This document shows, piece by piece, positions 26,701 through 39,946 of a stretch of DNA of 64,000 nt. Below the pieces are notes generated by a model. It worked only from the letters and a program-made list of their open reading frames with translations, was not told the DNA's origin and did no database searches. Each line of letters begins with the position of its first letter. Within the stretch, counting starts at the first letter, position 1. The DNA is from Bugula neritina (lineage: Eukaryota > Animalia > Bryozoa), in the NCBI GenBank assembly GCA_964035545.1, contig OZ037767.1, positions 25,002,628-25,066,627 on the forward strand. Reading direction: 5' to 3'. Both the position numbers and the translations under genes were made by a program.

Positions 26701-29700
26701 ATTTGCAGACAAAACCTGAATTTAGACTATTTGTTTTTCTATCGTATTGCACTAACATTGAGCCTTACACCAACACACAGGCTACCTCTCTCTGTGCCAG
26801 CTTGCTTACAGTGTTACACAGCCTGCTCATTGTAGTCTGATCATGTGACCAGCCCTTGTAATCAGATCATGTGACCAACATATCACCTTGTGCCTTACCA
26901 CCTTTACCAAATATGCAGATGGATATGTTAAGTGACACTTCGATAGAGAAACGCCCAGTTCTGTTGACCATCTATATTCAACGTGTCATGGTTTTATCAA
27001 CATAAGTTTTTTGTGCTTTCTTTGTTAAATACTATATTTCTGGGCTATTCGTGGTTCTGGTTTCTTTGGGTGTTGGCAAATTTGTTCTATGTTATAAAAA
27101 ATGAGCGAGAAAGTTGTCAAGATTTTTAGCAATAAATGACCCCAGAATCACGATGTTAATAAGAGTTATAACGTCTAATACTGGCCACTCAGCCACACTT
27201 CTTTTGCTTTCCATGATCAACAAAAACAAGCAGCTGAATCTATAGATTCTACTCAAAAAACTAAGGCACCGCTTTCACCCTCCCGTGTCACCAATATTTT
27301 ATAAATAGCGCTAAGACTAATTTTCTTTGTAATTGAAATTGAAGCCGTGAACGTGAATCTATGTGTTACTAATCAATGATGCCCAGTGAATCACATTCAT
27401 TTTTCATATGTGCCATTAGCACTAATTCTCGCTTAGTTAAAAAAGAAACCTTTTAAGCTGTGTTGTGACAATTATTTCGCCTCAATGACTGTCAATATGG
27501 AATCTTTTGTTTCCTTACTTTACTTTGTTTGCGGAATTTGAAAACTACTTTCATGAAACAACAAGCAGCAACGTTTACACGCATCATTACACTTCCATGT
27601 ACAAAACTTCTTTACTCAGTCAAAGTTAGCTTTACTTAAATTCACTTTGGTGGTCGGAAGTAAACATAGAAGATAAAAAGGTCCATTTAAAAGCTGCAGA
27701 CGTATGAATAGAGCCGTGCATTGCTGATATCCTGTTTGGAATTTCAGAGCTTCCAGTTAGATTTATCTCAGTGTATAGTTTTATTTCAATTGAATATTTT
27801 TTATCTTTCCTTTACATCACGCACATTTGTTTTGCTCCCATCTGTTTTAGTTTCACTGCACATTAAGTTGGAGTCGTTGAAACTAGTCACAAAGCTCACC
27901 CAACAAGCTACTAGCTCTGCCAATTGTGAACTGCAATATAATACTTTACTTCTCATAACAAACATGACACAGTTTGTGAGTTGCCAGCCATACAAAAGTA
28001 GGCTAGATCGAGAGTTGTGTATCTTAACGAGTTGATTTCTAACATGTTTTAGTGGGTTTTCACGAGTTGGACTAATCCGGAGACTCACAAAGTTCATCAA
28101 GGACTCCACATCTGTTCTGTGGCTGACAGAGAAGTGGACAATTGGATAAGAATGCCGTACATTGAGCTGCCAGATGTAACTAATGTCTTCGTCAACGTTT
28201 CCTTCTTCATGAGGGAATGTCAGGAGTATCCAGGTTAGACCATTTTTCCTTCTCAAACAGGAAAAGCTGTGAAAATTTTCATGGCTGCCAGCGTGATAGA
28301 CACAACAACCTCAACAGTTTTGACATTTTCAACACAGGAAAGAGTAAAATACATGTCAATTGCTAAATTACTTTTAGTTTACTATGAGTTACTACAAGTA
28401 GCCCTCATAGTTGTATACCAGGTAGTTTGCAATCATCTCCTCTATAGGACTATGATACCTTTTTGGTACTTGTAACTGTGTGTCAGCTGTTGTATGGCTA
28501 GCAGGAAACATGATTATACAATGCATTTCATTTTTGATGAAAAAATGGCTGCCGCTATTACTATATGTAACATATTTCAGCTGATGTTCATGAATGTCTT
28601 AATTTCAGGACCCCTGCATAGATGTAGAACCCATTTTCAAGTTTTGAAATACGAAACAGACGTTGATTTTGCCACTGAGACAACGCCAGCTTGGAATCTG
28701 AACTCGTATGCCATGGTGCAGACTGTACCGGCTGCTCATACCTATGTCAATAATCAGGATCCCAACATTGTGGCCAACAACTACACATTTTCCTTCTCTA
28801 AAGCCAAGAAAGGTACAGCTTTTATTGCTTATTGCTTTAGCTTTTAGAGTCAGCCTATTAAATATTATGAGATTATTTTTGTAATTTGCTCTCCTCTATT
28901 TTGCTTGTTGATAAAGGTGTACAGTATATGGTGTTGAAATATGCTGGATGTGTAACAGTTAAGTTTTAAATGAAACGTTAGCTTTAGTTATTTATTCTAA
29001 CAGTTCTTTAGAACATTATGGATTTTAGGCTTAAGAAAGTAGGCAACTAATAGAAATGTAAATTTTTATATTAATATGCAGTAATTTTTTTGTTCTTATT
29101 TTTTTCTTCTGACATCTGAGCTTAAAGCAATAACAATCAGCGGCACTAGCAGGCACTAAGTATGTATTATTTGCTTTCCCAGTGTATCCGCAAATGCAAA
29201 CATTAAGGCATGCCTTCTTCTATTTGTATAAATTTTAGCTAAAGTCATAAATTTCATTTTTTTCCAATTGCAATCAAACAAAAAACTCTCATTGTGCTCT
29301 CATTTTATATGAGAGCAAGTTTCGATTTGTTTGCATTCAATTTTTTTAAAAATTAGTTGCTATTCTTATTGCAACAAGTATTTTTTTCTTTTAATTGAAT
29401 GTCTTTGCTGTTTCTTCTTGTAACTTATTCATTTTCGTCACAATTATTTTTACAGGAATGTACTTGGCCATTAGAGAAACTGGAATGTGTGCTTTCATTC
29501 TCTCAGTTCAAGTTTATTATCGAAGGTGTCCAGCTACTGTGATTCGTCACACCAACCTGGCTGCTGTACCCTCCACTAGCGCCATCTCTACTGTTACTGG
29601 AAAGTACGTCTGCAGATTTCTACTATAGAACTTGAATCAAGTTGATTACAAAGCATTGCAGATTCATAATATCATAGGAAATGTGTGTACTCTTAACTAA

Positions 29701-32700
29701 TTTCTTCTCTTGCTCTTTCCAGGTGTGTAGATAATGCTGTAGAAGCTGATCCCTCAGAAAAGCTTCAGTTCCTATGCACCCACGAGGGAGACTGGTTCAA
29801 CCCCTCGAACAGCCGAGGATGTGTCTGCAAGCCAGGCTATTACAATACTGCAAATGCTTGTGAAGGTAATCTTGATTAGAATTCTGGAAACCAATAAAAC
29901 AGCAGCTATACGACTTGAATTATATTGAGTTTAGTTTAAGATTTAATTTAGCTCAAGGCCAAAAAGTGAGACTATGCTGTACATAATCAAAGTAGTTGAA
30001 AGATTCCTTGTTACTAATGCTGTACAGTGGAGGATTAATTTCCAGTAAGTTTCTCGTAGTTTAGACACATGAATATTAAGTATGGTTTAGGAATAAATTA
30101 CAATTCATAATATTTCAGCTAAAGTCACAAAATCTATTAGTACATAATAAGTTTCATGGCCAGGAAACCATGATTTGACTGCTAAGTAGGTGCTAGTATT
30201 CATCTTCACTCCTTCACTCAATCAAACGTCGTGTGAATCTTCTGAAAGATAATATTCCTTCTAGAAGTTTAACCACAAACTCGCTGGCCATGATGGATGT
30301 TGGGAGGAGTAATTAGAAGTAATGGTAAATTGGCATGAGAAGTGTCAAATACCGGTCATATCTCTAGCATTTGTTAGCATTTCATCTGGTGCCTTATGAA
30401 CTCTGAGTCAGCCGATAACTTAGCGCTTCTGGGTCTTGAAAGTTTACTTTTCAAAGTTTTTTAATAAAAAAAATGCTTGCCAAGTTTGGTAGTTAGTGGT
30501 TACCAAAGTAAAGAGATGCTAGATTCTATTTTAAGTTTGTGGCAATTTTAGACAACATATTACAGACTTAACTTGTAAATAAAAAGTTGGGTTATAAATT
30601 AATTCAGTGTATTTGCAAATAATGGTCTAAAATCTTTATATTATTTTTACTAGTTCTTACAATAATAATAATATAGATTTAAACCTTTCAACTTTCTTCT
30701 TAATGGATTCAAGCTTTGAAGGATTAATAGGTTATTGATATATTACTACAATAGACAAATGGCTTTCCACCAGTAACTCCTATTCTATACAAAAATCAAT
30801 ATGCATGCAGTATCTGTACTAAGTAGACCCACTTTAAATAGCTGAGCCATTGTATTCATGCCACTGCTGTTGTTTAGCTATAAATTATCTCATTGCAAGT
30901 GGTGCTTACAGAGTTTCCATGCCTTCAGGGAAACTCTGATTTTCCGACAGCCAATGAATCCATTAGTCTCCATTCTTAACTGAAATTATTGTTCTTTTAG
31001 AATGTAAAGTCGGGACTTACAAGTCCAGAGCAGCCAACACTGAGTGTGGTGTGTGCCCTGACAACAGCGTCTCTACCAGTAGAGGTCTCACAGAATGTGC
31101 CTGCTTTGATGGTTACTACAGAGCCCCAGATGAGTCTCCAGATGCGCCCTGCACCAGTGAGTTGCTACTATAATATAGTTTAACTACCCTCAGATAATGA
31201 GCATCTGACGAGGTGCAACACTATTAGTTTTCTGTCTACTTGAAATTAAATAATTGTTGAATATTTCTTTATTATCTCTCTGACTACACATATTTTTTAG
31301 TGTGGATAGTAAAAGTTCAATTCAAGCAATTGTCTGTTTGCATTACTTCACAGCGTGTCTTTTCGGTTTTGATGTTTCAACTACAACACATTTTATAGTC
31401 TCAGTATACATACGCATCACATGCACAATATTCTAGTTAACAAGTTTTAATTTGCCTGCAGTCTACAAGATGCCAGAGTAAAAGAATTATTACATCAATA
31501 TGATGTACTTTCGAATGTACTTGTACAGTAATTATTGCCACTTCCAAGTAATTTTTGATAAATTACAAGGTTAGTTAAATTGAAGCAGTTTCCCCAAGTC
31601 TCTTTTACACTTCCTTACTTTTTGAAACCAGATTATCATTTATTAGCAAATAATTTCATATTTCTTCTGTTACAAAGAACTATACTCTTAACTTTCAAGT
31701 GTGCTAACTATAAAATATTGATATTTTAAATTAAGTTTTTAAGCTGCTAAACTAATACTCAAACAATTGACCTCAATAATATTTTATCTGATTCCATTAC
31801 GATAGTTACGGTATAGGTAGCCCTGGAAATGCTGGCTAACTTTTGATCTTCAAAGGCATTTAACAAAGATAATACTTTTTTGTTATGCAATTTTTGCATC
31901 TAAAAATATGGGACTTGAAATCGAACTCCAAGATTTAAACTCCTGGTACCTTTGAGATGAAATTTAGCCTTCTCCACACCGCATGAAATTGAATTATTAT
32001 CTTCTATCTTAGCATATCAGTTACAAGATGTTATGCGATTATAATGACGCCTGGGGTCTACTTTTTATGTAATGATGATAATCTCTTTCTTCATCGCTGG
32101 ATTCAATTAACCAAACATATTCTAGTTGCTAGTCATACAAAAACTATTTTGGGACCCTTATTTTGTCATGCCAATGAAATGCCAACGAATGTCTATGCGA
32201 AAAGAATTAGATTAAAATTAATTATGAGACAATTTTGTCACCAATGATTGATAAAGCAGGCTGACATTTTTTTAAAACTCTTGAAACTAAGAATTTAATT
32301 TTATATTTTTAGAGTTTGCCACAGTCTTTTAATTAAGCCATTATGTGGGTGGAAAAGAGCTTTCGGTTAAAAGTGTGAATGATAATAATCTTTGTGAAAC
32401 AGAACTTTCACAATTCTAAAACCTTTAACTAATACTTTTAATCAGCAAACCCATTTTTACAGTTGTCTATAAAACTATATTTCCCCAATAAGAATTAGAG
32501 AAAAGGCATGTCAGTGATATGAAAACTGTTTGATTGTAGAGCCTCCATCTGAGGTGAGAAATCTCAAAGTGCAGACGTTGAATGCTGACACAGTAACAAT
32601 TACATGGCAGCCTCCGAGCTCCCTGGGGGGTCGCTCTGACTTGTACTACACAGTCAAGTGTGAAAGGTGCAGCGCTTCAGTTACTTATTCTCCCAGTCGC

Positions 32701-35700
32701 ACCCAACTCACGGAGACATCAGTGACGCTCTCTAGCCTCGTGCCGAAGACATCATACAACGTGCAGATTGTGGCGGAGAATGGTGTGTACCAGGTTGCCA
32801 TACCTGCTAGCACTGCCCCAGAAGTGTCATTCGTCACCCTGGAGAGTGGCTCAACTCCTCTAGCAGTTCCCAAAAAGGTAGGTTACCTACAGACAGCTAC
32901 CATAAGTGCTTAGTAACATATTTATATGGTTATATAGTACAGTGTTGTAAAATATAATTGTAATACAATAGTTTGGATATTGTGGTGTTGTATTATATTA
33001 GGGCAATTTGTGAATCTTTTTTTCCATGTGCCTGTAACTACTTGATTTTACATACTAGTAGTTATACTAAATTTCTACTTGGAAAGTGAAACTTTTCCAC
33101 ATGTTTCTAGGTATGCAGTTAGGAAGCAATTTGTGGCTTGCTATGTTTATAATAAAAACTACATTATGACTACAGTTACAGGAGTCCTTTTGTCTCGTAG
33201 CTTGAGAACCATCTGTTGTCTGTTATCTAGGTCGAGAGCACATCACAATCTCTCTCAATAACCTGGGATTCTGTCCCCGATGCTACGGAGTACGAAGTAG
33301 TCTATTCACCACTCAGCGAGTCCAACACGCACCACACCACCAAAGTTCAGGAAAATAAGGCTACCCTTGAGGAACTGGAGCCAGGCACTGCTTACGTAGT
33401 CCAGGTAAATGTGTAGTTCAGGTAAATGTGTAGTCCAGGTAAATGTGTAGTTCAGGTAAATGTGTAGTTCAGGTAAATGTGTAGTTCAGGTAAATGTGTA
33501 GTCCAGGTAAATGTGTAGTTCAGGTAAATGTGTAGTTCAGGTAAATGTGTAGTCCAGGTAAATGTGTAGTCACAGCTGTATGTCTCTAGTAGTTAGTACC
33601 ATGAAAGAGACAGTAAAACACAGCATATGCGACACCCTTTCACTGCATCTAGGCTATTTGTTATCTGCATTGAATTGCTGTTAATTTGAATAGAAAGAAT
33701 GCATACAGTAATATGATGCTGTCATGCAAAGAGCTTTCTTGAACTGAAGATAATTTGTTTGTTCATACAGCCATACGACTGGAATGTTACATTCTATTTC
33801 AAATAATCAATATAGACATTTATCTCATTTAAATTTAGGCTAAGAAGTTGAGCTAGTCTGATATTAAATAGTTTGTACTGTAAGTGTAAGACAAGATAAT
33901 AGATGTTGTACTTGGCTAATTTGTATATAGAAATAATGTAAATTTCTAATTTGATTACTCTCCAGTAACCATGTTTGGTTTCTTTTGAATTATGTACTTC
34001 ATGTTGACATATCAGAACAAGTGGTGACAGTTGCACTGATCATTTTACAATCGTTAATTCACCTTTGAATTGATAATAATTGCTTTAGAAGGGAAGACAT
34101 TTATTCATAAAATTTACCTTTTTACTAACAGGTGAAGTTAATTGACTTTAGTCATAACAAGCAGAGCTGTAATCAGTTTGATTGTTTAGTGATGATGGGC
34201 TGCCCAGTTACACTTAATATACATTATAAGAAATTTTTTTAAACTTAAGTAAAATAATGGGTAATTTAAAGATGCTTGCTTTGGCTGATTTGACATGTGG
34301 CTAGTTTATTGGTGCAATATAGAAAGTGTGATGTAGGGTATATGTGAATGAGGTCTTATTGATGTTGGATTAACTAGAATATTTAGTAGGCTTTAGTTTC
34401 TAGGTATTGGTAATCACGCTATAAAATTATTGCTTCATTTAGATTTCATACTTTGATGAAAACCAACAGCTGATTGGTCGATCAGAGGAGTCTGTGTTTG
34501 AGACGGATAAGCCAGACAACCCCAACCTGATGATTGGCATAGCTATTGTTGCTGTACTTGTCTGCATGGCCATAGTTATTGCCATTGTCGTCATTTTCCT
34601 TAGAACGTAAGTTATCCCCACTTACACTTTTTTTAACAGGCTGAAACTTACTGGTGCATTTATTGAACTTCTAAAAATTCTTGAGAAATTCATTTAGTAG
34701 TCATCTACTAACAGAACTGATCAGTTTTGTTTTGTAATAAATTGAAAATGCCTAAAATTGAATTGCTCTTTTGGGGAAGTAAAATAGGTGTGGCTGAGTG
34801 GTATTGTTATTAGCTAATGTTGATTGCAACAGTCATTAAAAAAGCCCAGTCAGTACATGGTAATTCCTACTAAACTGGAACTGCAATTAATATAGCTTGC
34901 CTTGTGTGAATATTACCAGCATAAATTACTTTTAATGTTGAGCCTGCTTCCAGCTGAGTTGTACATTTGTTTTCTAACAGTTGAACAGATGAACTAGCTA
35001 ACATTCACGAGTTCAGCATTGCTTTACAGTGTTGACATTTTATTTTTCATGTTTTACAATCATTCAATCTACATGATGTTCTAGGAGACCTACAGCTTCT
35101 TCCGAACACAGGCTATATGTAAAAATATTGAACTAGAGTTATATATTTGTTAGACATAGGTCTTCAAATGGTCCCCAGCCTAGCCAGGGTGGCTGTGTCA
35201 GCGTCCATAAAACTATTCTGGCTCTTTTCAGAAGCAAGCAGAAATGTACAGACAAGCCTCCTAGTGACTGCGAAGGTCTTGGACCATATACAAATGGTAC
35301 GTTAGCACCTGTTTCCTGCATTTCCTTTTTATTAGTTGTTCCTATCAGTTAGTTGCACTTTCCAGCTTTGGTTTCTCAGTAGTTTGTAGTGCGTTTGAAA
35401 CTCTTAAGTTGTGTGCCACAGTCTATAGCATCCAGTTTCATCATTGAAAGTATATTATAGGATATATGCATTCATCACAATATCTGAGACACTCGTTACA
35501 AGTTAGCAAGGCCATAATATTATTGTCTGATATATACTATTCGTTTGATTAAATGGAGAATATCCTGTGATAGTCTGAAGATAGACTTATTGCTTCCACG
35601 TGGATCATTAGCCTTTACTTGACATTTTGTTAGATTAGAACCGCCTCATTGTCTATACTCAATACTTTAACACAGCATCCGGTGTATTTTCTTTTATTAC

Positions 35701-38700
35701 TTTTTGTTTTACACACAATAGATATGCTGAGATTGCAAGCTTGTAGCAAACTTTTAATATTTTCTCGATAGAAACTATGTGAAAGCAGCTAGACTAACAA
35801 AACTTGATTAATTTTATACTAAAACAGATTTCATTTCAGCGTAGTTGACTTGTGTCTGCTGTTATAATCAATTATAGTTTGTGCGCTTTCTTTCTCTTCT
35901 GCAGTACCCTTCCACATATCAAATAATACTGGAGTCACAAATGGATGTAAGTAAACATTTTTCACTCCCCACCTTGTAAAATACTCTAATAATATGTAAT
36001 ATATTCTATAACATACCATCCTTTTCTATTCGCCCTCCTAAAGTTTACTGCTTCTTCTAAGTCCTTACTCAAAAGTGTTCATTAGTTGCCTGCAACCTAT
36101 TTGCTTTAGCTTACTTACCAAATTTTAATGAATATAAATAAATTTCTTAAATATTTATTAACCAATCTTTTTAATTTAGTCAGCCAGATTTTTGAAGACT
36201 TGTATTAGCAGAGGAGATAAGTAACTTGGTGTCTATTTTTAGTAACGATTCCGCTGTTTGCCGGTCAGACTAACAGAGTCAAAACATATGTTGATCCACA
36301 TACGTACGAAGACCCAAGACAAGCAGTGAAAGAGTTTACGAAGGAAATAGACGTGTCTTGTATTACCATTGAAGCCGTTATTGGAGGTGGGGAGTTTGGA
36401 GACGTTTGTAAAGGGAAATTAAGAATGTCCAATAAGGTAAAAAACACTACGCATTCCTATGATCTAAGTATGCAGTAGCAAACGTACAGACCTTCACACC
36501 AGGTTTAAGGATTCTCCTTTCACTTATCTGCAGTAACTCTAGCTCACTGATTCCATTACTAATTTTTAGTTGCTGATTACACATAAAATGGTCATTTTCA
36601 GTAAATTTCTCTAAGTTATTATAATTTGCAACAAATGAACTTGATAAATTTTACAATCAAAATAGCAATACTAGACTGAATTCTTGACTTTAGAAATTTT
36701 ACCTGTATAAAACTCAATTATAAATAAATATAATTTAATTTATGAGCAGTTTTACTTTTCATTAAATCTGGAGGAAATATAACTTGAGAAATGAGATCCC
36801 TGTTTTCCTATTAAGTCTCAAGTTGTACCTTATAATTAGCCCTAGATGTATTTTAAGTTATGACTCATTAGCTCTTACGAAGCTATGCTAATAGAAGTGA
36901 AAATGTTATATTTTATTTACTGCAGCATGAATATGAAAGGAAATGATTTTTATTCCTTAAGCACACACAATCGTGTCAAACAGCCATTTTTTCTCTACCA
37001 GCAGTGAATATTGAATTACTAAAATTACATAAAGAATATTATTACACTTAAATGTATCCATTTAAAAACGATTATTGATCAATATTTGCATACCGGTCAT
37101 ATTTATCGTTGCTTGTATTTCATTTACATTACTAATAGTTACTTGTGTGCAGCATTTAACACGTCATCAACCGCATACGCTTGTTGAATATGATACGCTA
37201 TCAATGAAAAATGGCTGTTTAAAAGAAGTAGCGTCTGAACATCAATCAACCTTATTTTAATTTATATGTAGCCTGAAAACACAACTGCTGTTGATAATCT
37301 TTCCAACTATAGTTTATGTTTCTCTTTTCAACAGGGGGATATGTGTGTAGCGATTAAAACTCTGAAACCTGGTGCCTCTGAGAAAAATCGTCTTGAGTTT
37401 TTAACAGAAGCTAGTATAATGGGACAGTTTGAAGACCCCAATGTCATTTTCTTAGAAGGGGTGGTAACTAAGTCTAATCCAATCATGATAGTCACAGAGT
37501 ACATGGAGAATGGTTCACTGGACACTTTTCTAAGAGTAAGTTATCGATTTGATAAAAGTGGTTTAAAAAAATTGGGGATCAATTTTCAGAATGATTGAAT
37601 GATATGTTTTTTTAACACATCAAAAGAAATAAACTCTGTTTAGGTGATAATTAATTTGTTTTAGCTCTTCTAAACTGAACTGCAGTTTTGGTGGATACAT
37701 GGTTTCCAGACAATTTTCTAAAGCAGATTATCAGATTGCATGCCGTGCTCAATCTTTGGTTAATTATAGATCCATTATTATTTGCGAACTTACTTCAGAT
37801 TATTTTTATCACAACTCAAGTCACATTCTTTATTTTATGACCTACTCTGTCTCAAATATGCCTGACTAAGCTGGCACGGTTCTCTTTAAGCATGAATAAT
37901 TGAATTTTTAATACTTTCCCCACTATAGAAAACACAAATAGATATTCTCAGACGTTTTGTGGTTTAGCCATTTACTTTTGAAATATGGAAAATGGCAGTT
38001 ATAAGGAATCCGCCCATTATACTGGAATTCAGAAATTAACAGCTATCAACAAAAAACACTTCATTGAAATAATCAGAAATAAAATATTATAAAATGGCAA
38101 TTTAGAATAATATAGTGGTTAATTGACTTTGCTTGAGGATAGAGTTTTAATAATTTTTACAGGCAAATGATGGAAAGCTGACCGTGATGCAGCTGCTAGG
38201 CATGCTTCGAGGAATAGCATCAGGTATGACCTACTTATCAGAAATGTCCTATATACACAGAGACCTGGCAGCACGGAACATTCTAGTCAACGAAGACTTG
38301 ATGTGCAAAGTTGCTGACTTTGGATTGAGTCGAGAAGTTGAGTATGACACATCCGAAGGAGCATACACAACAAGGGTAAGCTACTTTGTACGTGCGTTTA
38401 TGTGCCATAAGGCTGTCATAGTGCCCTCGCTGTAACTTTGAAATACAGTATTTGTTTGAAATTATTTTTAACTCATAGAATATGCTGTACATATTTCTTT
38501 CATATGCTTGTCTTGTGCTAAAAGTTTCAAGCATAGAGTAAAACACTTTGAACCTTTTCAAAAAACTGTACAAGTTGATAGGCAGAGTTACTGGTTGTAC
38601 TGAATACTAAGAAATGATTACAGATAATAACGGCATGACTTTAGAATGTACTTCTTTCTAGGAAACCAACTTATGCATTTTCATTCCGCTACAAAGCTAT

Positions 38701-39946
38701 GATGAAATAACAAAATAAACCAAACAGCTATCAAAGAAGAATTTTAATAAGTGTTAATGTCTTTCCTTTGAAGGTTGAACTTTCAGCTTGCATAGCAGGT
38801 TAAGTCTGTAAATCTTCTGTAGGGAGGAAAGATCCCTGTCCGGTGGACGGCTCCTGAAGCTATAGCATTTAGAAAGTTCACATCAGCCTCAGATGTATGG
38901 TCTTTTGGAGTTTTGATGTGGGAAGTGATATCATATGGAGAGCGACCATATTGGAACTGGTCAAACCAAGATGTTATTAAAGCGGTAGATCGCGGTTATC
39001 GACTACCACCACCTATGGTAAGTACTCGCATAACTTGTGTGGTTGCAGAAAACTTGTGAAAATTTATAATTTCTGTTTTCAAAATATTTATGTTTTCCAT
39101 AAATAATTTACTTGTTGCAGGATTGTCCAGAAGCTGTTCACCAACTCATGTTGGATAGCTGGCAGAAAGACCGTAAAAACAGACCTAAGTTCGCAGCTGT
39201 TAGAAACACAATTGATAGACTGATGCAATCTCCAGAACTTTTACGGAAGTTGGCCAAACCAATAACGGCATCCATGACGGATCCCGAGATGCCAGAGGTC
39301 ACTAGTCACATGACTGTAAGTCAGTGGTTACAACTCATCAAGATGGACCGATATACTGAAGCTTTTGCTCAAAAAGGTGTCCACAATATGGAACAGGTAA
39401 TTCTTACGATCCAAACACTTGGCTCAGGAAGTTTCTTAAGTTCATATCCAATAAAAATATTGATTCGCTACTTGGCGCTTGGAGTTTTAATCAGTTATTA
39501 TATATGGTTATAGGACACCTATACTTTAATATAAATAATTGCTACATATTCTACCTTAATTGTGAAGCGAAATCATGAAGATATGAACTTAAAATTAATT
39601 AATCACTTGAATAACCGAACCTTCAAGTAATATTAATGGGTGCTAACTTTCAGGAGTTTACCTGACACTTGGGGTTTACATAGTGCATCTCACTTGAGAT
39701 AAATGTCAGGCCTGTAGAATATTCAAGTGTTTCTAAATCTTTTCCTCGTAGCTTTGTAAGTTCATGTATGAAATTTCACCATTGCTGGTATTACAGGTTG
39801 CATGGCTGACGTTTGCCGACTTGCAAGAAATGGGAGTGACTTTAGTAGGACATCAGAAGAAAATTATGTCATCTGTACAATCACTGAGGGCCAGGTTGGA
39901 AGGGTCGACTAGTCCAATACACATGTCTGAAGGATTTTTAGTCTAA
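11994..39946 (+). CDS. Eph: Eph receptor tyrosine kinase (signal peptide, ephrin-binding domain, Cys-rich sushi/EGF, 2x FN3, TM, kinase, SAM, PDZ-binding tail), about 999 aa
   Basis: Exons 11994-12054, 24571-24665, 28053-28233, 28609-28812, 29456-29603, 29723-29865, 31001-31156, 32540-32877, 33231-33404, 34443-34606 ([27 protein letters not shown]), 35232-35296, 35905-35946 (possibly optional), 36243-36436, 37335-37535, 38163-38375, 38823-39017, 39121-39396, 39797-39946; total 3000 nt, open. Motifs: [76 protein letters not shown]-terminal SEGFLV. In-frame ATGs at 11931/11934 could extend the N-terminus by 21 aa. Confidence 0.96.
17307..17435. repeat. TAC/GTA-rich low-complexity, partly self-complementary repeat
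   Basis: Repeated cagtagtactcta and gtactactgt words in both orientations. Confidence 0.6.
20615..20774. repeat. (CT)n microsatellite / pyrimidine tract in Eph intron 1
   Basis: About 160 nt of C/T ending in pure (CT)n; it explains the SLSLSL and RERERE ORFs. Confidence 0.97.
23278..23348 (+). promoter_or_regulatory. Putative internal promoter for Eph exon 1b (three CCAAT/ATTGG boxes)
   Basis: ATTGG 23283-23287 (reverse complement aaccaatcag), CCAAT 23296-23300 and ATTGG 23303-23307. CpG-richer than the surrounding intron and about 300 nt upstream of the ATG at 23591. Confidence 0.55.
23591..23708 (+). CDS. Eph: Alternative first coding exon (1b) of Eph with its own signal peptide
   Basis: gaaaATG opens [39 protein letters not shown] and ends GAA G|GTagaa in phase 1. 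It joins exon 2 in frame to give AKEVVVLDT, the typical start of an Eph ligand-binding domain. Confidence 0.75.
24675..24897. repeat. 36-37-bp minisatellite, about 6 copies, starting 9 nt into Eph intron 2
   Basis: Unit ctagtaac(t/cc)agagttggt(gttgtg/actgca)gtggtacagtac. Confidence 0.9.
33396..33571 (+). repeat. 17-bp minisatellite, 10 copies, each containing the Eph exon 9 splice donor
   Basis: Unit GTAGTYCAG|GTAAATGT; the first copy spans the real exon/intron junction at 33404/33405. Confidence 0.97.
35905..35946 (+). CDS. Eph: 42-nt frame-preserving juxtamembrane exon of Eph ([14 protein letters not shown]), possibly alternatively spliced
   Basis: Strong acceptor gctttctttctcttctgcAG and donor GTaagt; phase 1-1; no stop. 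Confidence 0.75.

Noticed and set aside
27721-28256. Longest ORF in the track (27801-28256 minus, 151 aa) and its neighbour
   Set aside because: Antisense shadow of Eph exon 3 plus intron; no recognisable domain.
31905-31985. B-box-like words suggesting a tRNA or tRNA-derived SINE (similar hints near 9470, 17010, 30490, 58140)
   Set aside because: No cloverleaf, no properly spaced A and B boxes, and no clear shared sequence between sites.
33396-33571. CRISPR-like appearance of this and the other short arrays
   Set aside because: Head-to-tail repeats without unique spacers, eukaryotic context, no cas genes.
35085-35111. Possible 27-nt Eph microexon
   Set aside because: It would need a GC donor with poor consensus (gctata); the nearby GT gives the wrong phase.
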